Assembly (NCBI GenBank): GCA_041586955.1
Contig: JBFGZE010000011.1
Span: 1 to 56,546 of the forward strand
Length of the DNA: 56,546 bases
Source of the DNA: Bacteriovoracaceae bacterium
Lineage (GTDB): Bacteria > Bdellovibrionota > Bacteriovoracia > Bacteriovoracales > Bacteriovoracaceae
Reading direction: 5' to 3'
The stretch's first letter is position 1. The number at the start of each line of letters is the position of its first letter. The notes under the pieces are model-generated. The model did not search any database and was not told the origin of the DNA. It was given only the letters and a program-made list of their open reading frames with translations. A program made the translations under genes and the position numbers. Below, piece by piece: positions 9,965 through 19,351 of this stretch.

Positions 9965-10221
9965 TATTTTATTATAGGTCGTCTTTCTCCTTAAGTCTTT
10001 GCAAATATAGAAACAGGACCAACCATTCCGAACGAAAAATTAATTTTGGGCATATTTTAATGAAATCTGTGCTTCGATTTTTTTACGGTGAAGCTCTGGC
10101 GAAATCTAGAAGCTAATTCGATAAAACTTCTTTATTGTCTATTTTTTTACTTGTGTTTACTCAGGGGTATGATAAAGTTTGATGAGTCAAACAAAAGTAT
10201 TGCTAATGAAACGGAGGCCCT

Positions 10222-10377
10222 GTGATTATCCAAAACTCATTAAAATTATTAGAAAATTTAACCGAGCTAGAAAAAGAAATTAGTTACTTAGAGCAGGTGA
10301 TAGAGAAGGTTTCACCTGAAGTTGATTCCCAGAAAATACTTAAACATATTATTGAAACCATGCTGCGTTCCTCTTAG
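10222..10377 (+). CDS. Small 51-aa helical protein (not in the ORF track)
   Basis: GGAGG then GTG: MIIQNSLKLLENLTELEKEISYLEQVIEKVSPEVDSQKILKHIIETMLRSS, with a heptad pattern. Confidence 0.55.
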   Translation: MIIQNSLKLLENLTELEKEISYLEQVIEKVSPEVDSQKILKHIIETMLRSS

Positions 10378-10412
10378 TTTGCCGCATCTCATTTAGCTGT
10401 CTCTAAAAAACG

Positions 10413-11228
10413 CTACCAAAATAAGGTGGCCTGACCACCTAAGGACATATGGTCATGCCAACCACCAAGTCTGAGTTTCGCCATAGAATAGCCAGCTTCG
10501 GCAGTGAGTTTAATTCCTGGTTTCATATCGTTGGTATGGAAGACTAGCCCTAAGTTCACACCTTTTTGAATCGAGCTTGTCGAAAGGTCAAAAACCCCTC
10601 CGCTTCCTGTTTTTAAAGTGGAGTCCACATCAAAATGTATATAATGAATATTGGTATAGAGGAGGAGTCTCTCACTCAGTCTTTGTCCGATTAAAAGTAT
10701 CGCCTCTTTATTCTTCAATTTGATTTTAGCATTGACCGCTTCAAAGGAGTTACCGCTATTGGTATTTTTTAAATTGATATCATTCCCTTCACTCTCTTCA
10801 CCTGAGCCGTAACCAATAGCAATAGCAATTTTAAGTCCTTCACTTTTGAGCCTCAGAGAATCACCATAAACTTGAACCTTAAAACCGAAAGCGGAGGTGG
10901 CATCGTGATTGGAGTGGCCATAGAGATCGATACGGTCCCATAATCCTAAACTTCCTTTAAGGCCGATACCAAAACTAGAAGTAATCTCATTATTAGTGTC
11001 TACACTAGCACCATCTGTGAGATTAAAGAGATCGACTTCAAAGGTTCTCGCCAGGCTCACTTTGTGGGCAGTATTAATATTCATCCCCACTTCGCCTGAT
11101 TTAAAGGCCTCACCTTGAGTTTCAGGAGATAATAAAAAGGTTGAAGGCATATGATAATCAACATTAACCGTCGAGCAGGAGGCAAAGAGAAAAATAAATA
11201 AGACGCCGGTGAGCAGACGAGTTACCAT
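10413..11228 (-). CDS. Hypothetical lipoprotein, probable beta-barrel
   Basis: Lipobox FASC, alternating beta strands, terminal aromatic residues (LFW). Confidence 0.7.
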   Translation of the reverse strand: MVTRLLTGVLFIFLFASCSTVNVDYHMPSTFLLSPETQGEAFKSGEVGMNINTAHKVSLARTFEVDLFNLTDGASVDTNNEITSSFGIGLKGSLGLWDRIDLYGHSNHDATSAFGFKVQVYGDSLRLKSEGLKIAIAIGYGSGEESEGNDINLKNTNSGNSFEAVNAKIKLKNKEAILLIGQRLSERLLLYTNIHYIHFDVDSTLKTGSGGVFDLSTSSIQKGVNLGLVFHTNDMKPGIKLTAEAGYSMAKLRLGGWHDHMSLGGQATLFW

Positions 11229-11296
11229 AATAAAGACCTTTTTTCTTTTATTGTAGAAGGCCGTAATATGATTCGTCTAGTAATAAAAGAGGAAAT

Positions 11297-11330
11297 TAAA
11301 AACTCCCCCGGGTGTTGAGTCCAGGGGAGC
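11297..11330 (-). terminator. Intrinsic terminator after the porin gene
   Basis: CTCCCC...GGGGAG stem followed by a T-run on the minus strand. Confidence 0.7.
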
Positions 11331-11346
11331 TGGGAAGATCGACTAC

Positions 11347-12567
11347 TTAGAATTTAACCATATAGGTTAAATACCCAAGATTAAAATTCTTTTCTTTTTG
11401 TGAGCTGACAGACTTCATGAAATCTCCGGCCATAAAACGAGAGACACCAAAAGTAATGGAAGCATTTTCTTGAAATTGATTTTTAATGATTAGGTCAATT
11501 TCAGAGCCGAGCTTGTCTGAGGTTGAGCTGCCAGTATAAGCAGTTGTGCCATTAACTTTATAAGCAGAAGCATCTTTATCGTGCTTGCTAAACATATGGT
11601 AATCTAGCTTGGCCATCCAAGTATCGGAAATATTTGCTTTTGTATGGAAGACCAGGCCCTTGATATTTCGGCGACCGAAAATATCAGCATAACCAAGGTA
11701 TGCATGTCCTAAAGGGTAGAGTTGGACGTAATTTTTACCGGCAACAAAATATTGGGCACCAAGGCGCAGGTTTTGCCAATCAAAAGTATAACCAACTTCA
11801 AGATTATATTGGCCACCTTTTTTTGCTGGAGCAGTGGTTGTGTTTTCTTTTTGCACAGAAGCTTCGAAGCGATAATCAACTTTTCCAATCTTTGATTTGA
11901 TTCTATGCCCTAGCATTGTGAGTGTGGGGCCACCAGTTGCTGTACGTTGAGTGCGGTAAAGGACATAGAGGTCAAAGTCTTTGGCCCAATCACCGAAATT
12001 AAAATTAGAATAAAGACCTGATAATTCATCTTCATCTTTTCTTGTTGTCGTAGCATTACTCGCCAAAACTGAATAGAACGCATCGACTTTACCTTTCCAG
12101 AATTTATAAGTTACTTTTGCTGCGTCAAAAACGCGGCCTGTATTATTCCATTCGAGGGGTGAAATGACCATTTGATCGCCATAGGATAGGATTTGGCGAC
12201 CTAATTTGACATGGAGATTATCCATAAAACGTGTATTGGCATAAGCTTGATGAAGGCCAACGAGGTCATCAACCGCTGTCGAGCTGGTTTCTTGGCCAAG
12301 TCCATTTTGGCCACCAATATTTTTCGCTCCGTGGGCCTCTAGATAAAGGTCCACCTTGCTTGACGCCTTAATATCCATTCCCAAGCGGGCGCGCAGAAGG
12401 TGGACATTGTACTTTGGCCCTGCATAGCCGGCGTTATTTGCAGATTCTGTGCGCCAGCGAAAATGGCCTTTTAGTTTTGTTTTGCCTTCATGGTGCTCGG
12501 CCAGTGTCGCTGTTGGCTGTATCAGCATTGCCAATGCCGACAAGTTAAAGAGTAGTTTTCCTTTCAT
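11347..12567 (-). CDS. Alginate-export family outer membrane porin
   Basis: RWRTE, LRARLG, LHQAY, KLGRQILSYGDQ, W.NTGRVFDA, HAYLGYAD, LGSEID and a terminal F. Confidence 0.85.
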   Translation of the reverse strand: MKGKLLFNLSALAMLIQPTATLAEHHEGKTKLKGHFRWRTESANNAGYAGPKYNVHLLRARLGMDIKASSKVDLYLEAHGAKNIGGQNGLGQETSSTAVDDLVGLHQAYANTRFMDNLHVKLGRQILSYGDQMVISPLEWNNTGRVFDAAKVTYKFWKGKVDAFYSVLASNATTTRKDEDELSGLYSNFNFGDWAKDFDLYVLYRTQRTATGGPTLTMLGHRIKSKIGKVDYRFEASVQKENTTTAPAKKGGQYNLEVGYTFDWQNLRLGAQYFVAGKNYVQLYPLGHAYLGYADIFGRRNIKGLVFHTKANISDTWMAKLDYHMFSKHDKDASAYKVNGTTAYTGSSTSDKLGSEIDLIIKNQFQENASITFGVSRFMAGDFMKSVSSQKEKNFNLGYLTYMVKF

Positions 12568-12789
12568 TATGCTTTCCTGGTTAAAGGTTTATCTTAGCGT
12601 TTTACTTCTAAATGATTATTTATCAATTCTTGAACGAAAAACTTCGTTCTTCTATGACCTTTATCAGAATAAAAAATTTATTTTATCTACTTTATTTAAT
12701 ATAGAAATTTCTCAGTGAGTATGACCTCGATTGATAATTTAGTTCAATGATTTCTTTTTGATTGCGCAGTGAGTTTGTTTCTGATTTCT

Positions 12790-15708
12790 CTAGTCGGGCA
12801 TTAAACGCTGCAAGCTTACGACTTGAATGACAAACGGGCCATGGTCTATTTGCACCTTTCCTTTGATGAGAAAGCATCCTCCTAAAAATAAAAGATCGCG
12901 ATGAGCATAATAGCTTTCTGGGAAAAAAACTGTTTCAAAAATATCGGAATGATCACTAAAGCTGACGAAGCACATCTCTTGTTTATTTCTTGTACGAACT
13001 TTTTTTTGATGCACTTTTTTTCCAAAAAGGGTGATTTCCTTGCCAATGAATTGAGCAATTTGGTCAGCATCAACGACAGGCGTTTCTTTTAATTGTTTAT
13101 GGTAGAGATAGTGGCGAGAAAATGTCATGGCGCCATGAAGGTATTCGAGTTCCCAGCGGATTAAAAGGTGGGGAGCGTATTTTTTTACGGGGGGAAGTGT
13201 GATGGTATGGGGTTTGTTTTGATGATAATGGGAATAGATTTCCCACATATGGTGGGAGAGTTGAGGTGTCGCTGAAAGATTATTGGCAAGAGGGCGCAGG
13301 GCGCGAGACATGACTAAGATCCGGGCCTCTTTTTTTTGAGGTCGAACTCTGATCAGAAAATCGCGAAGGTTGATAAAAGGGCCATGGGTCTCTCTTTCTT
13401 GAATAATCTTGTCGATGCATTCTTGTCGCAATCCTTTTATTTGTGATAGACCGATACGAATCGTTTTTCCGAGGCCAATGAAGTGGTATTCACTTAAATT
13501 AATATCGGGTGGTAGAATGCTCAGGCCCATTCGCCGCGCTTCATCGAGATAATCTTCAGTAGAATAAAATCCCCCGCGATTGGATATTACTGCTGCCATA
13601 AACTCCGCTGGGTAATGGCATTTGAGATAGGCCGATTTATAGGAGACAAGGCAATAACTGGCACTATGGGGTTTACAAAATGAATAACCCGCAAAACTCA
13701 TAATCATCTCCCAAATCTTATCGATAGTGCTAAAATCAATTTTTTTGCGATGGGCATTTTGGTAAAATTTGTCTTTAAAAAAGATCAAACGCTTTTCTTT
13801 ATGTTTTTTTGTCAAAACTTTTCGTAATTCATCACCTTCGGCGGGGGAAAAATCGGCCAACTTCATGGCGGTAAGAGTGACTTGTTCTTGATAAATCATG
13901 ATGCCATAGGTATCGCTTAAAACATCGGCCAAAAGAGGATGGAGGTGTGTATATTTTTTTCCACGGATACGAAGAGCGATTTCATTAGAAAAATTTTTGG
14001 CAGCAGGGCGAATGACCGAGCCTGCAATAATATTATGCTCAAACTCACCGCTTTGTTGTTTCTTGAGATAGAGTCGTGTCCCGGGAGACTCGATATAAAA
14101 ACAACCCATGGTATCACCGGTGATCATTATGTTCTTCGTCTGTTCGTCATTGATAGGGTTAAAAGTGGTATAACAGAGGGTTTGATTATAATGGGTGTTA
14201 ATATGATGGATGGCATCGCGAATAACGGCGAGAGAGCGGTTTCCTAGTAGGTCAATTTTAACGAGACCTGCATCCTCTGCTTGATCTTTTTCCCATTGAA
14301 TAATGGGAACGCCTTTCCTGGCCATCTCAATAGGGACATAATTTTCAATGGGCCCGGGAGTTATGACAATACCTCCACAATGTACCGACAGATGGTTGAG
14401 TACGCCCTCAATTTCTTGGGCATGGGCGATAATCTCTTGCCATTGAGAATTGAGTTCTAGATTCGGGAGGCGCTCTGTAATATAATTGATTTCATCAGAG
14501 GGGATACCATAAACCTTGGCAACCTCTCGAATTGCCGATGCCCCTCGTAGAAAATTATGATTGGCGACCATCGCCGCTTGGCCTGGATATTTATCAAAAA
14601 CATAATCAAGAATTTTATCACGATCATCCCAAGGGAAATCAATATCAATATCCGGGAGGTCGCGGCGTTCTTCGTTGAGAAAACGCTCAAAAAAGAGATT
14701 ATGCGCGATGGGATCAACATGGGTAATACCTAAGAGATAGCAAATAATACTGGCAGCACCTGAGCCACGGCCACAATGGATAGGCGCTTGAGAGACAATA
14801 TCGGCGACCATTAGAAAATAAGATGGGTAACCTTTTTTGATAATGAGATTGAGCTCCTTTTCAATACGATTAAAAACTTTTCGCTGCAAGGTCAAATCGA
14901 GATGAGGGTAGCGCCAGGGAACCTTTTGATAAGTGAGCTCCTTTAACAAGGTCGCACTTTGTACATCATCAAATTGTCGATATTGGGGAAAAAGAACTTG
15001 CTCTTGGTACCAATCTTGTTGGCACAACGAGGCAGCAAGATAAGTATTTTCCACTGCCTGTGGGTAGAGGTGAAAGTCGCGTTTAATTTGTTCCTTATGA
15101 GGGAAGGCATGCTTTTCAAAGCTCGCTAGGCGGGCGTGATGAAGAGTACTATTATTTTTAATGGCCTTAAGAAGATTGAGATAAAAGCTATTGGTTTTAG
15201 GCAGACGTTTAATACGATATGTTCCGATAATTGGGATTTTGTGTTCTTGAGACCACTGTGTATCACGATGGTTAAATTGCCCAGGCGTCAATTCATAGTA
15301 GAGGAAGTCTGTCCCTTCTTGCGATTTGAGCGCGAGGAGAAGTTCTTTTTGATCACTAAAAAAAAGGCAATCATTTTTGTATTGGTGGATATAGTGAATG
15401 AATTGCTTACGACTTAAGCTGCCTTTATGAAGATGGGAAAGGATGAGGCATAGACCTTGAAAGCCTTTTTGGTTGCGGCAGAGGTAGATTCCTCGGGTGG
15501 CAGTATCGAGAATAATCTCACTACCAATAATCGCCTTGATTTTTTTTTCCTTGGCGATTTTCATAAAATGAACGGCACCATAGAGAGCATTGGTATCTGT
15601 TAAGGCCAAAGCGCTGTGCCCTTCTTTTTTTGCATGTTGAATGAGATCTTCTGGCGTTGCAATCGCCTCAAGTGGCGAATAATGGGAGTGAGTATGGAGC
15701 TGAATCAT
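12790..15708 (-). CDS. dnaE2: Error-prone DNA polymerase III alpha subunit (DnaE2/ImuC-type)
   Basis: PHP domain (HTHSHYS, ALTD), GRGSGA, FERFL, PDIDIDF, KIDLLG, YSFCKPHS and an OB fold. Short (972 aa) and coupled to an ImuB-like gene. Confidence 0.9.
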   Translation of the reverse strand: MIQLHTHSHYSPLEAIATPEDLIQHAKKEGHSALALTDTNALYGAVHFMKIAKEKKIKAIIGSEIILDTATRGIYLCRNQKGFQGLCLILSHLHKGSLSRKQFIHYIHQYKNDCLFFSDQKELLLALKSQEGTDFLYYELTPGQFNHRDTQWSQEHKIPIIGTYRIKRLPKTNSFYLNLLKAIKNNSTLHHARLASFEKHAFPHKEQIKRDFHLYPQAVENTYLAASLCQQDWYQEQVLFPQYRQFDDVQSATLLKELTYQKVPWRYPHLDLTLQRKVFNRIEKELNLIIKKGYPSYFLMVADIVSQAPIHCGRGSGAASIICYLLGITHVDPIAHNLFFERFLNEERRDLPDIDIDFPWDDRDKILDYVFDKYPGQAAMVANHNFLRGASAIREVAKVYGIPSDEINYITERLPNLELNSQWQEIIAHAQEIEGVLNHLSVHCGGIVITPGPIENYVPIEMARKGVPIIQWEKDQAEDAGLVKIDLLGNRSLAVIRDAIHHINTHYNQTLCYTTFNPINDEQTKNIMITGDTMGCFYIESPGTRLYLKKQQSGEFEHNIIAGSVIRPAAKNFSNEIALRIRGKKYTHLHPLLADVLSDTYGIMIYQEQVTLTAMKLADFSPAEGDELRKVLTKKHKEKRLIFFKDKFYQNAHRKKIDFSTIDKIWEMIMSFAGYSFCKPHSASYCLVSYKSAYLKCHYPAEFMAAVISNRGGFYSTEDYLDEARRMGLSILPPDINLSEYHFIGLGKTIRIGLSQIKGLRQECIDKIIQERETHGPFINLRDFLIRVRPQKKEARILVMSRALRPLANNLSATPQLSHHMWEIYSHYHQNKPHTITLPPVKKYAPHLLIRWELEYLHGAMTFSRHYLYHKQLKETPVVDADQIAQFIGKEITLFGKKVHQKKVRTRNKQEMCFVSFSDHSDIFETVFFPESYYAHRDLLFLGGCFLIKGKVQIDHGPFVIQVVSLQRLMPD

Positions 15709-16889
15709 TTTAGAAATGATCCGCCTAAGGAAATATTCGCACCAAGTTTTTGTTTAATTTGATCAATTGTGTCGATTAATTGTTTTGATTTATCACTCTC
15801 TTGGAAGAGTGTTAATTGTTGAGCATATTGCCCTAAATGATGGCATTCAATGGAGAGATAACGCAGGGAAACGCGGCGAGAGTAGAGTTTGTTAAACATT
15901 GATTTGAGTAAATCGCCGACTTCTTGTGGGTATTGAAAGGGGGTGGTTAATACCTGGGACTTTGAGGCATATTGGTAATCAGCGTAGCGCAGACCCAAAA
16001 CTAATTGTCCGGCAAAGAGCTGACGAGACCTCAGTTGATGGCCAATCTTATCTAATAATTGCTCGAGATAACGGTGTAAAAAAGAAAGATTATTTGTGGG
16101 TTTATTAAGAATGATCTCCTCTAAAAGCATATTTTTTTGATGAGGAGGGCAAATCGGGCGGTAATCTATTCCACGCGCCATTTGAAAGACTCTTTGCGCC
16201 TCTTTTTGAAAGATAATATCGAGATGATCTAAATGGAGGAGGCGGATATCTTCCACTAAGTCCAAACATAATTCTTCAAGGGTATTGGTGCATTGGCGTT
16301 GGTTGCGCTTAAGAAGGTCCTGTACTGCTGGTAAAACAATATGGGGTAGGGGAGAAAGGAATTTTTTTTCATCGCCAATCTTAACGAGTCTTAAATCTCT
16401 TTCCAGAGTGATGGTTTTCGCTGCTGTCTTAGAGATAAGTTTGTTAAGGCCAAGGCCTATGGAAGATTCAAGTTTAAAGGATTGATGGACGTCATTCTTT
16501 AGTTTGAAGGAGAAGTCTTCCATAGGCCCGTATAAGGCCTCCATACCGGTATAATCGAAATATATTTTGCCATTGCGCTCGAATTCAAAAAGCGGCAACT
16601 TCTTGGCAAAGAGCTGGAAGAGCTTCCGATTGACGCGGTTGTAGAGGTCAGGGTTTGGTTCAATGATTTTCAGACGGCGGCATTGTTTTTTGGCCATCGA
16701 AATAGGCATACCTTTATAAATACCTTCTTCCTTGGCCTGGTCAGAAACTGACCAAATAAGGGCCTTATCGCTATTGTGAGGCGCCACCGCCAAGGCACAT
16801 TGCCGAATATTGGGGTCAATGGCCTGCTCCACGGCGATGGGGAAATGGGGAATATTAAAATAGCCTACGGCCTGCTGCTTTAGAGTCAT
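15705..16889 (-). CDS. imuB: ImuB-like, probably catalytically inactive Y-family polymerase
   Basis: Y-family fold (GIYKGM, SIGLGLNKLISK, ARGID, LRYAD). The catalytic DxD and DE positions read NIPHF and NGKIYFD. Clamp-binding motif QLTLF. 4-bp overlap with dnaE2. Confidence 0.85.
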   Translation of the reverse strand: MTLKQQAVGYFNIPHFPIAVEQAIDPNIRQCALAVAPHNSDKALIWSVSDQAKEEGIYKGMPISMAKKQCRRLKIIEPNPDLYNRVNRKLFQLFAKKLPLFEFERNGKIYFDYTGMEALYGPMEDFSFKLKNDVHQSFKLESSIGLGLNKLISKTAAKTITLERDLRLVKIGDEKKFLSPLPHIVLPAVQDLLKRNQRQCTNTLEELCLDLVEDIRLLHLDHLDIIFQKEAQRVFQMARGIDYRPICPPHQKNMLLEEIILNKPTNNLSFLHRYLEQLLDKIGHQLRSRQLFAGQLVLGLRYADYQYASKSQVLTTPFQYPQEVGDLLKSMFNKLYSRRVSLRYLSIECHHLGQYAQQLTLFQESDKSKQLIDTIDQIKQKLGANISLGGSFLK

Positions 16890-16895
16890 AGTATA

Positions 16896-16923
16896 ATTAT
16901 GCGTAAGTTTTGCGTAAGTTCAA
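16896..16923 (-). promoter_or_regulatory. Sigma70-like promoter of imuB with an embedded 10-bp direct repeat
   Basis: TTGAAC-N16-CATAAT-N6-ATG; AACTTACGCA occurs twice at 16900-16920. Confidence 0.65.
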
Positions 16924-17020
16924 GGGAGGCAGCGTTGGCCACCTCCTTGTCTGTTTAGAGTGTTTTCTGATGGGTTTTGGCCTGTTATAATGAGCGCGAA
17001 TAGGGTTCAGAGAGGAAATC

Positions 17021-17704
17021 ATGCAGCCGAATATAATAAAACAATGGGAACGAGACGATTTAATAATGGAAACTTTTCCCATTGGTAGCTACCAATGCAA
17101 TTGCACTGTTTTTTATTCGAAGGAGACGAAAGAGGCGATTATTATCGATCCGGGCAATGATCTAGAGACTCTTTTGAGTTATGTTCGCGCCCGCGACCTA
17201 AAGGTTCTTAAGCTTTTACACACTCACGCCCATTTCGATCACATTGGCCAATCAGGTGCTATAAAAGATCAATTGAATGCCAAAATTGCTCTCCACCGAT
17301 CAGACCTCTTTTTATTTGAGGCGCTTTTTCAGCAGGCCAACTTTTTTGCTCAGCCGGTAGGACCCTATCGTGAGGTTGATATCTTTTTGGAAGAAGAACA
17401 GGAATTTGGTTTAGAAAGCGTGGGCCTTCAGAAATTTTTAAAAACAATGCATACTCCTGGCCATACACCAGGTTCTTGTTGTTTTTATACAGAGTATTTT
17501 GATGGGCCTTGTCTCTTGGCGGGGGATACTTTATTTAGCCAGTCAATTGGTCGAACGGACTTACCCGGTGGCGATTCCCACGCCATCATTAAAAGTATCA
17601 AGGATAAATTAATGGTATTGCCTGGGGAGACTTCGGTCATCACTGGTCATGGCCCATGTACTGCGATTGGGATAGAAAAAAAGAGCAATCCTTTTATTTG
17701 TTAG
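17021..17704 (+). CDS. MBL-fold metallo-hydrolase (glyoxalase II-like)
   Basis: THAHFDH, TPGHTPG, GDTLF..SIGRTD, GHG and EKKSNPF. Confidence 0.92.
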   Translation: MQPNIIKQWERDDLIMETFPIGSYQCNCTVFYSKETKEAIIIDPGNDLETLLSYVRARDLKVLKLLHTHAHFDHIGQSGAIKDQLNAKIALHRSDLFLFEALFQQANFFAQPVGPYREVDIFLEEEQEFGLESVGLQKFLKTMHTPGHTPGSCCFYTEYFDGPCLLAGDTLFSQSIGRTDLPGGDSHAIIKSIKDKLMVLPGETSVITGHGPCTAIGIEKKSNPFIC

Positions 17705-17714
17705 GGAGTCATCA

Positions 17715-18515
17715 ATGAATCAATGGACTGGTAATATTTTAAAAATGGTCTCCCACCTGGAAAGCCCTGTTCGCTATCAATTACCTATTGGAGATGATTT
17801 AGTGGATCTCAACCCTATGATCGGTCAAAAGGTGACGATCGAGTTTGATGGGGTGATTAATTGTATTGCCACCGGCGAGAAAATTAAAAAAACTTATAAT
17901 CAAGGTTATTCCTATAAGGCCTTCACTCAATTGGCCGCTTGTGACCTTTGTATTGTTAAACCTGAGTTATGCCATTATGCCCAGGGGACTTGTCGCCAAC
18001 CAGAGTGGGGTGATAAAAATTGTATGATTCCTCATATTATTTATCTTTCTAATACAGGTCAGGTTAAAGTGGGGATTACTCGGGAAACTCAAGTCCCAAC
18101 TCGTTGGATAGATCAAGGCGCGAGTGAGGCCCTTGCCATTTTACGAGTGCCTGATCGCTATACTTCTGGCCTTATTGAAGTTGAGTTAAAGAAAAGTGTT
18201 GCTGATCGCACCAATTGGCGCCAAATGCTAAAGGGTGATTTTGATAAGGTTGACCTTATTGAAATCCGTGAGGAACTTTTTGATCTTTACGGGGATATTT
18301 TAGATGATTTGGGTGCCGAAGATTTGGATGAAGAGATCGTTGAGATTCAATATCCAGTGGAAGCACTTCCTGAAAAATTTACATCAATTGGCCTGGATAA
18401 AACACATTTTATAGAGTCAACATTAATAGGAATTCGTGGCCAATATCTTATTTTTGAAGATGGTGTTATGAATATACGAAAACATCAAGGTTATCTAATC
18501 AAGTTAACTTGCTAA
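17715..18515 (+). CDS. DUF2797 domain protein
   Basis: CIVKPELCHY..GTCR, HIIYLSN...KVGITR, PTRWIDQGA, DRTNWRQML, GIRGQYL. Confidence 0.85.
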   Translation: MNQWTGNILKMVSHLESPVRYQLPIGDDLVDLNPMIGQKVTIEFDGVINCIATGEKIKKTYNQGYSYKAFTQLAACDLCIVKPELCHYAQGTCRQPEWGDKNCMIPHIIYLSNTGQVKVGITRETQVPTRWIDQGASEALAILRVPDRYTSGLIEVELKKSVADRTNWRQMLKGDFDKVDLIEIREELFDLYGDILDDLGAEDLDEEIVEIQYPVEALPEKFTSIGLDKTHFIESTLIGIRGQYLIFEDGVMNIRKHQGYLIKLTC

Positions 18516-18652
18516 TTTTATAAGAATTGTGATGCCCGCATTGGGTTGCCGTACCGCGTAATAAATACCCAAAAACCTTTCACTTATAGATATCTTTCAT
18601 AGCTCATGGCATAGTGCGTTAACTTGTTAACTATTATGGCAAAGGTTTAGTA

Positions 18653-19336
18653 ATGCTAGATATTTTCTCCCTTGAGGCAACAGCAATCAATCCGACGTTA
18701 ATTTCGATCATATACTCGATCTGCTTATCCTTTATATTATCGACCTCTATTGCTCTGACTTATCAGAAGACGTTTCAGGGACTGAGCTATTCGCGAAATT
18801 TTATTCAAGCAATGATTTTAAGTAGTATTGTCACCGCTATTGCTATGCAGGCCATCGGTGATAATTTGGCACGGGGAATGGGAATGATGGGTGCCTTGGC
18901 AATTATTCGCTTTCGCTCTTCTTTGAAAGATCCAAAGGATATGATTTATATCTTTGTGTGTCTTTCATTGGGGATCGCATGTGGTGTATATTCCTACTCG
19001 ATTGCAATTGTTGGTACAATTGGGTTTGTCGTCATTTCTATCATTTTGTACCACGTTCCTTTTGCGAAAACGAGCCACTTCGATGGACTATTGCGCTTTA
19101 ATGTCGATAGCAACGAGGGCAAGAATCAGCAATTAGAAACGATCCTATCAAATAATTGTGATCTATTCGCTCTTGTGACTTTAAGGGAAGTGGCCCAGGG
19201 CAGTCGCTTAGACTATGCCTATCAAGTAAAAATTAAAAATAATTCTACTTATCAGAAATTTATGCACGAACTCCAAAAGATTGAATCTATCCGTGGGCTT
19301 AATTTAATGCTCCAAGAGTCAACGGTAGAAGTCTAA
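18653..19336 (+). CDS. DUF4956 membrane protein
   Basis: IGDNLARGMGMMGALAIIRFRSSLKDPKD, several TM helices and a soluble C-terminal domain. Confidence 0.88.
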   Translation: MLDIFSLEATAINPTLISIIYSICLSFILSTSIALTYQKTFQGLSYSRNFIQAMILSSIVTAIAMQAIGDNLARGMGMMGALAIIRFRSSLKDPKDMIYIFVCLSLGIACGVYSYSIAIVGTIGFVVISIILYHVPFAKTSHFDGLLRFNVDSNEGKNQQLETILSNNCDLFALVTLREVAQGSRLDYAYQVKIKNNSTYQKFMHELQKIESIRGLNLMLQESTVEV

Positions 19337-19351
19337 AGAGAGGATTGAACA

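Noticed and set aside
11347..12567. Alginate biosynthesis locus
   Set aside because: Only the porin family matches; no alg synthesis genes are nearby.
18577..18631. Possible Pho box upstream of the VTC operon (CTTTCAC/CTTTCAT/TGGCAT)
   Set aside because: The half-sites are not in 11-bp register, so the match is too weak.
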